NCBI GenBank assembly: GCA_020633975.1
Contig: JACKCR010000006.1
Coordinates: 267,873 to 331,872 of the forward strand
Direction: 5' to 3'
DNA: 64,000 bases
DNA from: Candidatus Eiseniibacteriota bacterium
GTDB taxonomy: Bacteria > Eisenbacteria > RBG-16-71-46 > CAIMUX01
Notes under the pieces: model-generated
Told to the model about the DNA's origin: nothing
Databases searched by the model: none
The model's input: the letters and a program-made list of their open reading frames with translations, nothing else
Shown: positions 31,755 to 42,086 of the stretch, one piece after another
Position numbering within the stretch: the stretch's first letter is position 1
How the letters are laid out: each line of letters starts with the position of its first letter
Position numbers and translations under genes: made by a program

Positions 31755-33280
31755 CCCTTCCCGCTCTCATCGTCACGGGCGCCTCGGGGTTCATTGGTCG
31801 ACACCTCCTCGATCGACTGAAAGAGCGCTACCGGATCTACGGGATTGCGCGGCGCTCGCAGCGCCGAAGCGGCGCCCCCATCCACCCGAACGTCACTTGG
31901 TTCCAGGTCGACATCGCCGACCGGGCGTCCCTCGAGCACGCGTTCCGCAGAATCGGTGAGGAAGGCGGCGCCGATACCGTCGTTCACCTCGCCGCTCACT
32001 ACGACTTCACCGGCATCGAGGTCCCCGAGTACCAGAGAACCAACGTCGATGGACTCCGCAACGTCCTCGAGTGCTCGCGCGAGCTCGGGATCAAACATCT
32101 CATCTTCTCGAGCTCGGTTGCGGCGTGCCAGTTCCCTTCACCGGGGCGGACGGTGGATGAGACGAGCCCGCCCACGGGCGATCACATCTACGCGAAGACG
32201 AAGGCGATCGGCGAGGAGATGGTCAAGGAGTACGAGGCGCACTTCTCCTCGGTGATCGTGAGATTCGCGGCGCTCTTCTCGGACTGGTGCGAGTACCCAC
32301 CGCTCTTCAAGTTCCTCGAGACCTGGCTCTCCTCGAAGTGGAACCAGCGGATTCTCGCGGGGAAGGGGCAGTCGGCCATTCCCTACCTGCACGTGCTCGA
32401 CGGAATCGACTTCCTCCAGAGGCTGCTGAAGCGGCTGGACGAGACGAAGCCGGGGCAGATCGTGGTGTGCAGCGGGGACGGGTCGACGACTCACCTGGAG
32501 CTCTTCGTCGCAGCGACCCACTACCACTTTGGGGAGTACATCAAGGCGATCTTCATGCCCCGTCCGCTCGTCAAGCCCGGTGTTCATGTGCGCTGTCTGA
32601 TCGGACGGATGAGCGGGGAGATGCCGTTCGAGCGGCCCTGGATGGTCGAGTACATCGACGAGCGACTCGACATCGATGCGACCAACACCCGCGAGTGGCT
32701 GGGTTGGGAGCCCAAGGAGCGGCGCGAGATCATCCGGCGCCTTCCGTTCCTCCTCGAGAACCGGAAAGTAGAACCGGTCGAATGGATCCGCCGCAACCAC
32801 GCTGCCATGAAGCAGTATCGGGTGCGTCCCAACCTCCAGATCCACTCGCTACTCGGCGCTCACGCCGAAGAGATCTCCGCCGAGTACACTCGCGCCCTGG
32901 AGGAACGAGCTCACCGTGGGGATTTGCCGAGCTACGGGCACGTCACGCACCGCGAGCACGAGTGGAACCACAAGCTGATCCTGCGCCACCTCATGAACGC
33001 CGTCCTGACTCAGGAGCGCGGAGTTTTCATCTCCTACTGCCGGGACCTGGCGGAGAGGCGGTTCGACCAAGGATACAAAGCACACGAACTCGCGAGCGCG
33101 GTGCAGGAGCTCGGTTGGGTCTGCCTCCGCATCCTGGGCGAAGACGAGGAAGGGAGAGAGCTGGTCGGACTCCTTCACGGCCAGATCATGTCGACCGTGC
33201 TGTTCGGTTGCGACGAAGTCTTCGAGACGTTCGAGACGCTCGAGGCTTCGCGTCCGATCAGTGAGGCGGCTCCGCACTGA
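31751..33280 (+). CDS. NAD-dependent epimerase/dehydratase family (extended SDR) protein with about 170-aa C-terminal helical extension
   Basis: ATGA overlap with the Rieske stop. TGASGFIGRHL Rossmann motif and YAKTK catalytic motif. Confidence 0.8.
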   Translation: MTLPALIVTGASGFIGRHLLDRLKERYRIYGIARRSQRRSGAPIHPNVTWFQVDIADRASLEHAFRRIGEEGGADTVVHLAAHYDFTGIEVPEYQRTNVDGLRNVLECSRELGIKHLIFSSSVAACQFPSPGRTVDETSPPTGDHIYAKTKAIGEEMVKEYEAHFSSVIVRFAALFSDWCEYPPLFKFLETWLSSKWNQRILAGKGQSAIPYLHVLDGIDFLQRLLKRLDETKPGQIVVCSGDGSTTHLELFVAATHYHFGEYIKAIFMPRPLVKPGVHVRCLIGRMSGEMPFERPWMVEYIDERLDIDATNTREWLGWEPKERREIIRRLPFLLENRKVEPVEWIRRNHAAMKQYRVRPNLQIHSLLGAHAEEISAEYTRALEERAHRGDLPSYGHVTHREHEWNHKLILRHLMNAVLTQERGVFISYCRDLAERRFDQGYKAHELASAVQELGWVCLRILGEDEEGRELVGLLHGQIMSTVLFGCDEVFETFETLEASRPISEAAPH

Positions 33281-33294
33281 CCGGGCCAGTCCGC

Positions 33295-33678
33295 TTACCG
33301 GCGTCTCCCCGCCTTTCGATGGAGCATCCAAACCACGGCTCCCATCAGGCCATCTACGACCGCGCATGCCGGCACCAACCACGAGGGGTGGTCCCAGAAG
33401 GGGACGGATGCGAGGAAGATCGTCGCCGCTGTCTTCGCGGAGACGAGGAGGAAGACTCCACCGTAGCGTGAGTGCTCGGCGAGGTACCCGGTGGCGACGA
33501 CGAGGTGGAGAATGCCGGCCTGCCGGGTGAAGAAGAGGGTGCTCGTAGGTTCCCAGCCCGAGAACTCGATGCTCCATGCGGGGAAGAGGAGCAGCACGAG
33601 TCCGATGACGTAGCTGTGGAGTGCGACGAGCACGACAGCGAGGCGTTCGAGTCGTCTCCACTGCTCCCGTCCGGTCAT
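33295..33678 (-). CDS. Small 4-TM membrane protein downstream of the hydrogenase operon
   Basis: ATG 33678..33676. MTGREQWRRLERLAVVLVALHSYVIGLVLLLFPAW...; the upstream part of the track ORF is noise. Confidence 0.45.
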   Translation of the reverse strand: MTGREQWRRLERLAVVLVALHSYVIGLVLLLFPAWSIEFSGWEPTSTLFFTRQAGILHLVVATGYLAEHSRYGGVFLLVSAKTAATIFLASVPFWDHPSWLVPACAVVDGLMGAVVWMLHRKAGRRR

Positions 33679-33733
33679 GTCTCTCTCACTTGGGCACGTG
33701 CATTGCTCGACGTGCTCGGCCCTTCCCGCCCGA

Positions 33734-34261
33734 TCACGCTTCGCGCTCCCACCACGGGCTCGGCTCGCGTGCGTCCGTTCTTCGCGCGATGTGGTATCCA
33801 AGCGTCTCGAGCTCATCCACGACATGCTGGATCATGAGCGGAATGGAAGCGCGCACCGGCCCACTGAGGCCGATCGTGGAGTCGGTTCGTTCCGGGATCA
33901 CTCCCACGAGGAGCACGTCGGCTGGCCCTTTGCCGGCGAACTCGAGCGAAAGGAGCGTCTCCTTGACTCCAGGGTCGTGAGGACCGATGCGCGCGCTCGG
34001 TGCGTGAGCAAGGATCTGGTCCTTGCGATAGAGACGGATCTCTCCGGCCGGTCCGTCCGATCGGACCGTGTCGAGGAGGATGATCCTCTCTCGTCCGGCG
34101 ATGTGCGGCAGGATGTCGAGCCCGGGCGTGCCCAAGTCCTCGATTGCGACAGTGTCGGGAAGGTCGAATTGGGAGCAGAGGTACTCGATCGCGTATGGGC
34201 CCGCGGCATCGTCACCCATGAGGACGTTCCCGAGGCCCAAGATCGCGACGTTTCCTTCCAC
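33734..34261 (-). CDS. hybD: [NiFe] hydrogenase maturation endopeptidase (HybD/HyaD family)
   Basis: ILGLGNVLMGDDAAG motif. GTG 34261 lies 11 nt after the large-subunit stop. Confidence 0.8.
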   Translation of the reverse strand: MEGNVAILGLGNVLMGDDAAGPYAIEYLCSQFDLPDTVAIEDLGTPGLDILPHIAGRERIILLDTVRSDGPAGEIRLYRKDQILAHAPSARIGPHDPGVKETLLSLEFAGKGPADVLLVGVIPERTDSTIGLSGPVRASIPLMIQHVVDELETLGYHIARRTDAREPSPWWEREA

Positions 34262-34272
34262 TCCCGTCCGCC

Positions 34273-35970
34273 TCAGAGCGCCTTGACCCGGGCGATCTCG
34301 TTTCCTTCGACGTCGAGCGTGTGGACCGCACAGGCGATACACGGGTCGAAGGAGTGGATCGTCCGAAGCACTTCGAGTGGCCTCTCCGGATCCGCGATCG
34401 GGTTGCCGACGAGGGAAGCCTCGTACGGGCCCGGGCGGTTCTGCTCGTCGCGCGGTCCGGCGTTCCAGGTCGACGGAACCACCGCCTGGTAGTTCGCAAT
34501 CTTCCCGTCCCGGATCACGACGAAGTGAGAGAGCGTTCCGCGCGGCGCTTCGTGGAACCCGAAGCCGACCTGCTCTCCCTGGAAGACCGGCGGTTCGAAG
34601 ATCGCCGTGTCACCCGACGCGATGTTCTCGACGAGGAGCTGCCAGTGCTTCTGGGCCATCTCGCAGATCACCGCCGTCCGGACCGCACGCGCCAGGTGCC
34701 GGCCGAGGGTCGAGTGGAGCATGGCGGGCGTCAGCTTCGTCTTGGCAACGGCACCGGCCGTGTCGAGTGCGAAGTTGAGCCAGCGCTGCGTGGGCTCGTG
34801 ACCGGTCGCGGCACCGACCAGCACCTGGGCCAGCGGACCGACCTGCATCGGCTTGTCGCCGAAGCGCGGGGCCTTGATCCAGGAGTAGGCGCCGTCGTCC
34901 TCGAAGCCAGTGTACTTCGGAACGGTGTCTTCCTCGTAGGGATGACGTGTCCAGTCGCCGTCGTACCAGGCGTGGGCGATCGACTCGGTCACGTTCTCGC
35001 TGAAGTACGGATCCGTGAACGACGTGATCGGCTTCGCGGTCGCGAGATCGCCGTTCATGATCGTCCCGCCGGGGAGGTCGAACTTCGTACCGGCGCTGTC
35101 GAGCGGAAGATCCGGTACTGCGAGGTAGTTCGTCACACCCGAGCCGTAGCCGAGCCAGTCCGCGTAGAGCGCGCCGATGGCGCATACGTCCGGCAGGTAG
35201 ACCTGCTGGATGAACGCGACCATCTCGTCGAGGAGCGACTTGATCGTGTAGAGCTTCGTCATGTTGAGCGTCGACTCGTTGTCGAGGTTGATCGCATTGG
35301 CGACGCCACCCACGGCGAGGTTCTGGATGTTTGGAGTCTTCGATCCCAGGATCGTCACGACCTGGTTGGCTTTCCTCTGATAGTCGAGTGCCTGGAGATA
35401 GTGCGACACCGCGAGTAGGTTCACCTCGGGTGGCAGCTTCATCGCAGGATGGCCCCAATAGCCGTTCGCGAAGGGACCGAGCTGTCCCGCCTCGACGAAA
35501 CCGGCCAGCCTCGCCTTCACCGCCGTCATCTCCTTGACGCTGTTCATCGGCCAATCCGAGAGCGACTGCGCCAGGTTGGCTGTCGCGGCCGGATCGGCCT
35601 GAAGGGCCGAGACCACGTCCACCCAATCGAGGGCGGAGAGGTGGTAGAAGTGCACGATGTGATCGTGCATCGCGTGTGCGGCGAGGATGATGTTCCGGAT
35701 GTACTGGGCGTTGAGCGGAACTTGGATCCCGACCGCGTTCTCCACCGCGCGGACGGAAGCGATCGCGTGCACCGTGGTGCAGACGCCGCAGAACCGCTGC
35801 GTGAAGAGCCACGCTTCGCGCGGATCCCGGCCTTGGAGGATGACTTCGATTCCGCGCCACATCTGTCCGGACGACCACGCCTTCTTTACGCGGCCACCAT
35901 CGACCTCACAATCGATCCGGAGATGCCCTTCGATCCGGGTGACGGGATCGACCACGATTCTCTGACTCAT
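34273..35970 (-). CDS. hybC: [NiFe] hydrogenase large subunit
   Basis: N-terminal RFCGVCTTVHAIA (L1 RxCGxC) and C-terminal DPCIACAVH (L2 DPCxxCxxH); 565 aa. Confidence 0.95.
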   Translation of the reverse strand: MSQRIVVDPVTRIEGHLRIDCEVDGGRVKKAWSSGQMWRGIEVILQGRDPREAWLFTQRFCGVCTTVHAIASVRAVENAVGIQVPLNAQYIRNIILAAHAMHDHIVHFYHLSALDWVDVVSALQADPAATANLAQSLSDWPMNSVKEMTAVKARLAGFVEAGQLGPFANGYWGHPAMKLPPEVNLLAVSHYLQALDYQRKANQVVTILGSKTPNIQNLAVGGVANAINLDNESTLNMTKLYTIKSLLDEMVAFIQQVYLPDVCAIGALYADWLGYGSGVTNYLAVPDLPLDSAGTKFDLPGGTIMNGDLATAKPITSFTDPYFSENVTESIAHAWYDGDWTRHPYEEDTVPKYTGFEDDGAYSWIKAPRFGDKPMQVGPLAQVLVGAATGHEPTQRWLNFALDTAGAVAKTKLTPAMLHSTLGRHLARAVRTAVICEMAQKHWQLLVENIASGDTAIFEPPVFQGEQVGFGFHEAPRGTLSHFVVIRDGKIANYQAVVPSTWNAGPRDEQNRPGPYEASLVGNPIADPERPLEVLRTIHSFDPCIACAVHTLDVEGNEIARVKAL

Positions 35971-35971
35971 G

Positions 35972-37162
35972 CTACTTCCTCCGCGTTGCGGTCAGAGGCT
36001 TTGGAGCCCCGCCAAGGATCGGGAAACGCCGGACCAGGACGATGTAGAGCAGGATCTCCGCTGCGACCAATCCGATCGTGATGAACATCTCCGGGATGGA
36101 AGGGAAGTAGGACCATCCCTTTCCCGGGTTGAAGGCGACCAGGTAGGCGTCGAAGCGGTAGAGGCTCCCAGCCAGAATGATGGCGAGAGCCGCGCGGAAC
36201 ATTCCGCCGATCCGGGTCTTTCCACGTCCCGCGAGGAGATAGAAAGCGGGGGCGAGGAAGAGCACCATCTCGAGGAGGAACATCCACGAGTAGAGGTCGA
36301 ACTGGAACACCAGCCCGAGCTTTCCGTGGATGACGATGTCGACGATGCGAAGCACGACGTAAGCCAGGAGGACGTACGCGATCACTCCACCGAGGGAGGC
36401 GAGCATCTTGTCTTCCTTGGCCCGGCCGAAGCCGCGGCTCGCGAGCGTCGACTCCATGACTACGACCGCGTACCCCATGGCGATGCAGGAAAGGAGGAAG
36501 AGAAGCGGCAACCACGCCGTGTGCCAGAGCGGATGGAGCCGCGGTCCCGCCAGCATGATCACCGTTCCGAGCGATGACTGGTGCATCGTCGGAAGAAGGA
36601 TCCCAAGAGCGATGATCCAGAGCAGCGCCTTGTCCAGAGCACCCGAGACGTTGCGCGCCGCGTTCCCGAGACTCGTGTCCTGCGTCTTCCACTTCTCGAT
36701 GAAAGCCGGCGACATCTCGATCCAGAGGACGACGACGTACGCCATGACGCAGAGCGCCACCTCGAGGAGTGCCGAAGCATGGTTCCACTTGTCGACCGAG
36801 AGCGGAATCCGCCAGATGAACCAAGGACGACCGACGTCGACGACGATCGCGAGTGCTGCGATCGAGTACCCGAGCGCACTCGTCAGAATGGCGGGACGAA
36901 CGAGCGGGTGGTACTTCCCGCGGTTCATCACGTAGACGAGGAGTGCCATCGCGTACCCACCGCACGCGAGCGCGGTGCCGGTGACGACGTCGAATGCGAT
37001 CCAGATCCCCCAGGGATACCCGTCACTGAGGCCCGTGGAAGGACCGAGTCCGACCGCGAACCGCCAGATCATGAGGACGATGCCGAGAAGAGTGAGGCCA
37101 AAGAGGACCTTGCCGGGTCCGTTGAGAGCCTTTCCTCCGACGGGGACGGCGATTTCACTCAT
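35972..37162 (-). CDS. hybB: Hydrogenase integral membrane subunit, NrfD/PsrC family (HybB-like)
   Basis: About 10 TM helices; position between the FeS subunit and the large subunit is typical of Hyb-type operons. Confidence 0.85.
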   Translation of the reverse strand: MSEIAVPVGGKALNGPGKVLFGLTLLGIVLMIWRFAVGLGPSTGLSDGYPWGIWIAFDVVTGTALACGGYAMALLVYVMNRGKYHPLVRPAILTSALGYSIAALAIVVDVGRPWFIWRIPLSVDKWNHASALLEVALCVMAYVVVLWIEMSPAFIEKWKTQDTSLGNAARNVSGALDKALLWIIALGILLPTMHQSSLGTVIMLAGPRLHPLWHTAWLPLLFLLSCIAMGYAVVVMESTLASRGFGRAKEDKMLASLGGVIAYVLLAYVVLRIVDIVIHGKLGLVFQFDLYSWMFLLEMVLFLAPAFYLLAGRGKTRIGGMFRAALAIILAGSLYRFDAYLVAFNPGKGWSYFPSIPEMFITIGLVAAEILLYIVLVRRFPILGGAPKPLTATRRK

Positions 37163-38039
37163 GGTCCGCCCCCTTCCCGCTCCGACGATTCCGTAGCATC
37201 ACTGCCCCGAGAGCCGCGTAGAGCGCCGCGGGTGCGACGAATCCCTTGTAGATCCCGTGCTGGATCTCGCGGTTGAGAGCGGGCACCGATTCCGCGCCGA
37301 GTTCCGGAAGGCCTAGCTTGTCGAACGGAACATGCGAGATGTAGAGCACCTGGGTTCCGCCGCCGTCTTCTTCGCCGTAGACCTTGTCGACGTAACGACC
37401 CGGATTCTCCGCGATCCGGCGCTTCGCTTCGGCCAGAAGCTCGTCGCGCTTTCCGTAGATCACGGCCTGGCGAGGACAGACCTCGCAGCACGCAGGGATC
37501 TTGCCTTCGGCCAGCCGGTGGTTGCAGAGCTCGCACTTCACGATCTTGGGAGCCGCGCTCGCCCACTGGAACTTCGGTATGTTGTAAGGACAGGCGACCT
37601 GGCAGTAGCGGCAACCGATGCACCGGTTGCTGTCCCAAGTGACGATTCCGTACTCGCGCTTCTGAAGCGCTCCGATCATGCAAGCACCCACACAGGCGGG
37701 ATCGACGCAGTGCATGCACTGCTGCTTCATGTAGGAGACGCGATCGCCTTCCTTGTAGAGCTTGATGATGTTCTTGGTTTGATCGTTGAGCGAGAGGGGG
37801 GCGTCGTGGAGGTCGTCGGTGCGGGTGTCCGGCTCGAGGTCGTTGGCCTTGTGGCAGGCGACGACGCAGGTCTTGCAGCCGATGCAGAGGGTCGTATCGT
37901 AGAGCATTCCCACCGCGTCGGGCGGAGCCTCGCGCCGCTCCCCGGCCTTGGCCTCGCCTGTCACTCCCGCCGCCGCGGCTCCGGCCATTGCGGTGCCGGC
38001 GGCTGCGATCGACTTGAGGAAGGACCGTCTGTCTGCCAT
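37155..38039 (-). CDS. hybA: Tat-exported 4x[4Fe-4S] ferredoxin-type electron-transfer subunit (HybA-like)
   Basis: RRSFLKSIAAAG Tat motif. Four CxxCxxCxxxCP clusters (CIGCKTCVVAC, CMHCVDPACVGAC, CIGCRYCQVACP, CELCNHR...CCEVCP). Confidence 0.9.
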   Translation of the reverse strand: MADRRSFLKSIAAAGTAMAGAAAAGVTGEAKAGERREAPPDAVGMLYDTTLCIGCKTCVVACHKANDLEPDTRTDDLHDAPLSLNDQTKNIIKLYKEGDRVSYMKQQCMHCVDPACVGACMIGALQKREYGIVTWDSNRCIGCRYCQVACPYNIPKFQWASAAPKIVKCELCNHRLAEGKIPACCEVCPRQAVIYGKRDELLAEAKRRIAENPGRYVDKVYGEEDGGGTQVLYISHVPFDKLGLPELGAESVPALNREIQHGIYKGFVAPAALYAALGAVMLRNRRSGKGADHE

Positions 38040-38042
38040 GGC

Positions 38043-39140
38043 CTATGCCTCCTTCTCGGGCGTCGACTCGGCGTCGAGCTTGCGGGAAGCCATGTAGCCG
38101 GCCCCGACGAGCGCGCCGCCGATGAGACCACCTACGCCGGTGACGACCGGACTCACGCCGCCATGGTCGGCTGCGATCGGCGGATAGGTGTCAGGTGGAG
38201 TCGGGCGTTCGATCTGCGCGGTCGAATGGATCGGGGCGCGGAAGGCGAGAGACTGCTCGGTACAGCCGACGCAGGGGTGTCCGATGCCGATCGGCCACGC
38301 GCCGGGCACTTCGCCGAAATGCTGGATCGAGCAGTTCGCGTGTGTCTGCGGTCCCTTGCAACCAAGACGGTAGAGGCAGTAGCCCTGCCGATGCCCCTCG
38401 TCGCCGAACTGGAGCGCGAAGCGTCCTGCATCGAAGTGCGGACGACGCGGGCAGTCCTCGTGGATGACCCGACCGTAGGCGAACTTCGGCCGTCCCTTCT
38501 CGTCGAGCGCGGGAAGCGTTCCCATCGTCACGAACTGGAGGACGGTTCCGAGAAGGTTGTACGGATTCGCAGGGCAGCCTGGAAGCGTCACCACCGTCTT
38601 GCCTTCGAGGATCATCGGGGCGCCGGTCGCGCCGGTCGGGTTCGGGTCCGCGGCGGGAATGCCGCCGAAGCTTGCACACGACCCGATCGCGATGATTGCC
38701 CCTGCGCTCGCCGCGACGTCATTCAGGATGTCGACGGCGGTGCGGCCACCGACCTGACAGTAGATCCCGTTGTCCTTCGTGGGAATCGCACCCTCGACGA
38801 TGCATACGTACTTGCCCTTATTCGCCTCCATCGCCTCATGGAGAGACGCCTCGGCTTGGTGTCCGGCCGCTGCGGATAGGGTCTCGTGGTAGTCGAGCGA
38901 GATGAGGTCGAGGATCAGAGTGGCGATGTCCGGATGTGCCGAGCGCAGGAGCGACTCGGTACATCCGGTGCATTCCTGGAAGTGGAGCCATATCACCGAG
39001 GGTTTCAGCCCCTTGGATGCCGCCTCGGCCATGCGCAGTGCAGCGGACGAAGAAAGGCCAACGGACGCTGCGGCCATGGAAATGATTCGGATGAAGTCAC
39101 GGCGGGATACGGGTGCGCCGAGGTCGGGATCAAGGGCCAT
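38043..39140 (-). CDS. hybO: [NiFe] hydrogenase small subunit, Tat signal and C-terminal membrane anchor
   Basis: SRRDFIRIISMAAAS Tat motif; proximal cluster motif FQECTGCTESLL; C-terminal TM GGLIGGALVGAGYMA. Confidence 0.95.
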   Translation of the reverse strand: MALDPDLGAPVSRRDFIRIISMAAASVGLSSSAALRMAEAASKGLKPSVIWLHFQECTGCTESLLRSAHPDIATLILDLISLDYHETLSAAAGHQAEASLHEAMEANKGKYVCIVEGAIPTKDNGIYCQVGGRTAVDILNDVAASAGAIIAIGSCASFGGIPAADPNPTGATGAPMILEGKTVVTLPGCPANPYNLLGTVLQFVTMGTLPALDEKGRPKFAYGRVIHEDCPRRPHFDAGRFALQFGDEGHRQGYCLYRLGCKGPQTHANCSIQHFGEVPGAWPIGIGHPCVGCTEQSLAFRAPIHSTAQIERPTPPDTYPPIAADHGGVSPVVTGVGGLIGGALVGAGYMASRKLDAESTPEKEA

Positions 39141-39487
39141 GAGAAGCCTCCCGTTCGGGACGATGGGGAATTAGTAGGCTGAACTGCCTACCAGTAGAAG
39201 GTTGAGCCAGTATGTGCCAGTTACAACACGCGATTCAAAGTAGAACTTCTTGGTTCACTCATGGCGCTCGCTAATCGCGATCGTGTGACCGTTCGGCCGA
39301 AGTGCCGCTGCTGCTGTACTCAACGAGCCCCCGCCTCAGAGTCCGTACGCAGAACCACCAATTGCTCGCCGTTCGTCGTCGCTCCAGTATCTGGTACAAT
39401 GCGGAATGATCCGATCGGAGCCGAGACTGCCCTGAGCTGGAGTTCGTGCTTCGGTCGCGCTACCGTGCGCCGAACAGTGGGGACGGC

Positions 39488-39835
39488 ATGCACGAATACT
39501 CACTAGTTTCTAGCCTGATGGACGAGATCGATCGTCAGGCCGGTGCGCACCGGGCCACCTCGGTCCAGAAGGTGCACGTTCGCCTCGGAGAGATGGCTGG
39601 GGTGGACGCTGACCTCTTCCGCACCGCCTTCGAGATGATCCAGCCGCACACGATCTGCGCCGAGGCCGAGCTCGTCCTTCACTCCGAACCCGCCGGTTGG
39701 GCTTGTCCCCTCTGCGGACGTCGCCATCCTCTTGGTGCTACGCTTCGATGCGAGGCATGCGATGTGCCTCTGCGTCCGGATGGAGGACGGGATCTCGTCC
39801 TCGAACGCCTCGAAATGGAGGTCTCTCATGTGTGA
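39488..39835 (+). CDS. hypA: Hydrogenase nickel-incorporation protein HypA
   Basis: MHEYSLVSSLMDEI N-terminus; zinc site CPLCG...CEAC. Confidence 0.85.
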   Translation: MHEYSLVSSLMDEIDRQAGAHRATSVQKVHVRLGEMAGVDADLFRTAFEMIQPHTICAEAELVLHSEPAGWACPLCGRRHPLGATLRCEACDVPLRPDGGRDLVLERLEMEVSHV

Positions 39836-40700
39836 GGACTGCGGCTGTGGCGACTCCGAACTCGTCCCCGTGGAGGTCCAACACCGGATCCTTTCCGAGA
39901 ACGACCGCGTAGCGTCACACAACCGTGAGCATTTTGCGGAGCAAGGCGTTCTCGCGATCAATCTGATGGGATCTCCGGGCTCGGGAAAGACCGCGCTACT
40001 CGAAGCGTCGGTCGGCCTAGGGATCGGGTCCATTTCTGCGGTGAGCGGTGACCTAGCGACCGACCGCGATGCAGACCGGCTCGTGCGGAAGGGCATCGTC
40101 GCCCGTTCGATCACGACCGGCTCGGCATGTCACCTCGATGCGTCTCTGCTTCATCACTCACTGCACGACGAGGAACTCGCGAAGGCAGTGGCCGCGAGTG
40201 AGTTCTTCTTCATCGAGAATGTGGGCAACCTCGTTTGTCCGGCCATCTACGATCTCGGACAGGCCGCGAACGTCGTCGCGCTGTCCGTGACCGAGGGGGA
40301 AGACAAGCCCATCAAGTACCCCGTGATGTTCGACCGGGCCGACCTCGTGGTCGTCACGAAGGTGGACCTCCTTCCGTACCTTCCGGGGTTCTCGCTCGAT
40401 GCGCTCAAGGACGGGCTCGCGCAGGTGATGCCGGATCCGCGCGTCCTCTTCGTCTCGGCGGTGACCGGCGAAGGGATGGAGGGCTGGAAGGCGTGGCTGC
40501 TCCAGCAACGGGCAAGGCTTCTCGAGTCGGTTGCGGATGCGCAGGAGTATGGGCATGGTCACGGTCACGAACATGACCACGAACATGGCCACGCGCACTC
40601 TCATCACGATCACTCGCACGATGACGGGAGCCATGGCCACCACGATCACGACCACGACCATAGCGACCATTCCACACCACACGTCCATCCCACCCGCTGA
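39828..40700 (+). CDS. hypB: Hydrogenase nickel-incorporation GTPase HypB with unusual C-terminal His-rich tail
   Basis: Start MCEDCGCG (CxxCGC metal site); ATG 39828 overlaps the hypA stop by 8 nt. P-loop GSPGSGKT. C-terminal HGHGHEHDHEHGHAHSHHDHSHDDGSHGHHDHDHDHSDHS. Confidence 0.9.
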   Translation: MCEDCGCGDSELVPVEVQHRILSENDRVASHNREHFAEQGVLAINLMGSPGSGKTALLEASVGLGIGSISAVSGDLATDRDADRLVRKGIVARSITTGSACHLDASLLHHSLHDEELAKAVAASEFFFIENVGNLVCPAIYDLGQAANVVALSVTEGEDKPIKYPVMFDRADLVVVTKVDLLPYLPGFSLDALKDGLAQVMPDPRVLFVSAVTGEGMEGWKAWLLQQRARLLESVADAQEYGHGHGHEHDHEHGHAHSHHDHSHDDGSHGHHDHDHDHSDHSTPHVHPTR

Positions 40701-40708
40701 GGTGATCC

Positions 40709-40975
40709 ATGTGTCTCGGTGTTCCGATGCTGGTCCAGTCGATCGAAGGGTTCCAAGCCCACTGTGAGGCGAAAGGGATCGAGCGCGACGTCAGCCTCTT
40801 CATGATCCAGGACGTGGACGTGAAGCCGGGTGACTATGTGCTCGTCCATGTCGGCTACGCGATCCAGAAGCTGGAGCCGGAGGAGGCTGCCGCTACCTGG
40901 CAGGTGCTGGATGAGCTGTTCGAGTCGAACGAGCTCGAAGAAGCAGACCCAGAAGGGGCCGCTCGCCGTGAGTGA
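40709..40975 (+). CDS. hypC: Hydrogenase assembly chaperone HypC
   Basis: MCLGVP N-terminus; 88 aa. Confidence 0.85.
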   Translation: MCLGVPMLVQSIEGFQAHCEAKGIERDVSLFMIQDVDVKPGDYVLVHVGYAIQKLEPEEAAATWQVLDELFESNELEEADPEGAARRE

Positions 40976-42086
40976 TGCGAAGGCGAGGGAGTGGATCGAG
41001 GCGATCCACCAACTCGACCTTCCGAGTCGCGTCCGGGTGATGAACGTGTGCGGAGGCCATGAGCGGACGCTGTCGATGGCCGGCATTCGCTCCGTGTTGC
41101 CGAAGAATGTCGAGATCATCCCCGGCCCCGGCTGTCCCGTCTGCGTGTGTCCGGAGGAAGACCTCTACCTCGCGATTCAGATCGCACTCCACCGGGACGC
41201 CACCGTGATGACCTTCGGCGACATGCTGCGGGTTCCCACGAACGTCCCCAAGCGTGAGGTGCGAACTCTCGAGCAGGCCCGAGCGGCCGGTGCGCGTGTT
41301 GTCCCGATCGCGTCCCCGAGTGAAGTGTGGGACGCAGCGATGGCGAACCCGTCCGAGCGGTTCGTCTTCTTCGCCGCGGGATTCGAGACGACGATGGCGC
41401 CCGTGGCGGCACGGATCGCGGAGGGACTTCCGGAGAACGTCGACCTTCTCATCTCAGGGCGACGTACCTGGCCTGCGGTTGCGACGCTTCTCGCCGGGGA
41501 TCGCGCCGCGTTCGACGGTCTCATCGCACCCGGACACGTTGCTGCGGTGATGGGCCCGGAGGAGTGGCTCTTCGTTCCGGAGACGCATGGCATTCCGTCC
41601 GCGGTGTCCGGCTTCCGTCCCGATCAACTTCTCTCGGCGCTCTACTCGGTACTTCGCCAGCTCGTCGAGAAGACGCCCGTCCTCGAGAACTGCTATGCGC
41701 ACGCCGTTCCGGCGGGCGGGAACGCGCAGGCGCGACGGCTCCTCGATACCGTCTTCGAGATCGTCGACGCACCGTGGCGCGGGATCGGTACGCTTCCGGA
41801 GTCCGGGTACGGGCTTCGTCCGGCCTACGCTGCTCGCGACGCACGCGTGCTCCATGCGGATCTCGCGGACGAAAGTCGGAAGCGGATGGGAGAGATGCCG
41901 GCCGGTTGTGGATGCGCCGACGTCGTCCTGGGGCGGATCTATCCGACCGAGTGTGCGCTCTACGGCACGACCTGCGTTCCGCGGAGCCCGGTCGGACCTT
42001 GCATGGTATCCGACGAGGGAGCGTGCCGGATCTGGTGGGCGGGAGGGATCCGTTCGCCCGAGGATCTCAGAACGCTCCATGCGTGA
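40968..42086 (+). CDS. hypD: Hydrogenase maturation factor HypD
   Basis: GTG 40968 overlaps the hypC stop by 8 nt. CGGHE, GPGCPVCV and CPVC motifs. Confidence 0.9.
   Translation: MSDAKAREWIEAIHQLDLPSRVRVMNVCGGHERTLSMAGIRSVLPKNVEIIPGPGCPVCVCPEEDLYLAIQIALHRDATVMTFGDMLRVPTNVPKREVRTLEQARAAGARVVPIASPSEVWDAAMANPSERFVFFAAGFETTMAPVAARIAEGLPENVDLLISGRRTWPAVATLLAGDRAAFDGLIAPGHVAAVMGPEEWLFVPETHGIPSAVSGFRPDQLLSALYSVLRQLVEKTPVLENCYAHAVPAGGNAQARRLLDTVFEIVDAPWRGIGTLPESGYGLRPAYAARDARVLHADLADESRKRMGEMPAGCGCADVVLGRIYPTECALYGTTCVPRSPVGPCMVSDEGACRIWWAGGIRSPEDLRTLHA

Noticed and set aside
39205-39219. Sigma-54-like TGGCACATACTGGCT on the minus strand in the divergent hydrogenase/hyp intergenic region
   Set aside because: GG-to-GC spacing is 11 rather than 12 and the -12 element is GGCT not TTGC; sigma-54 spacing is strict, so not called.
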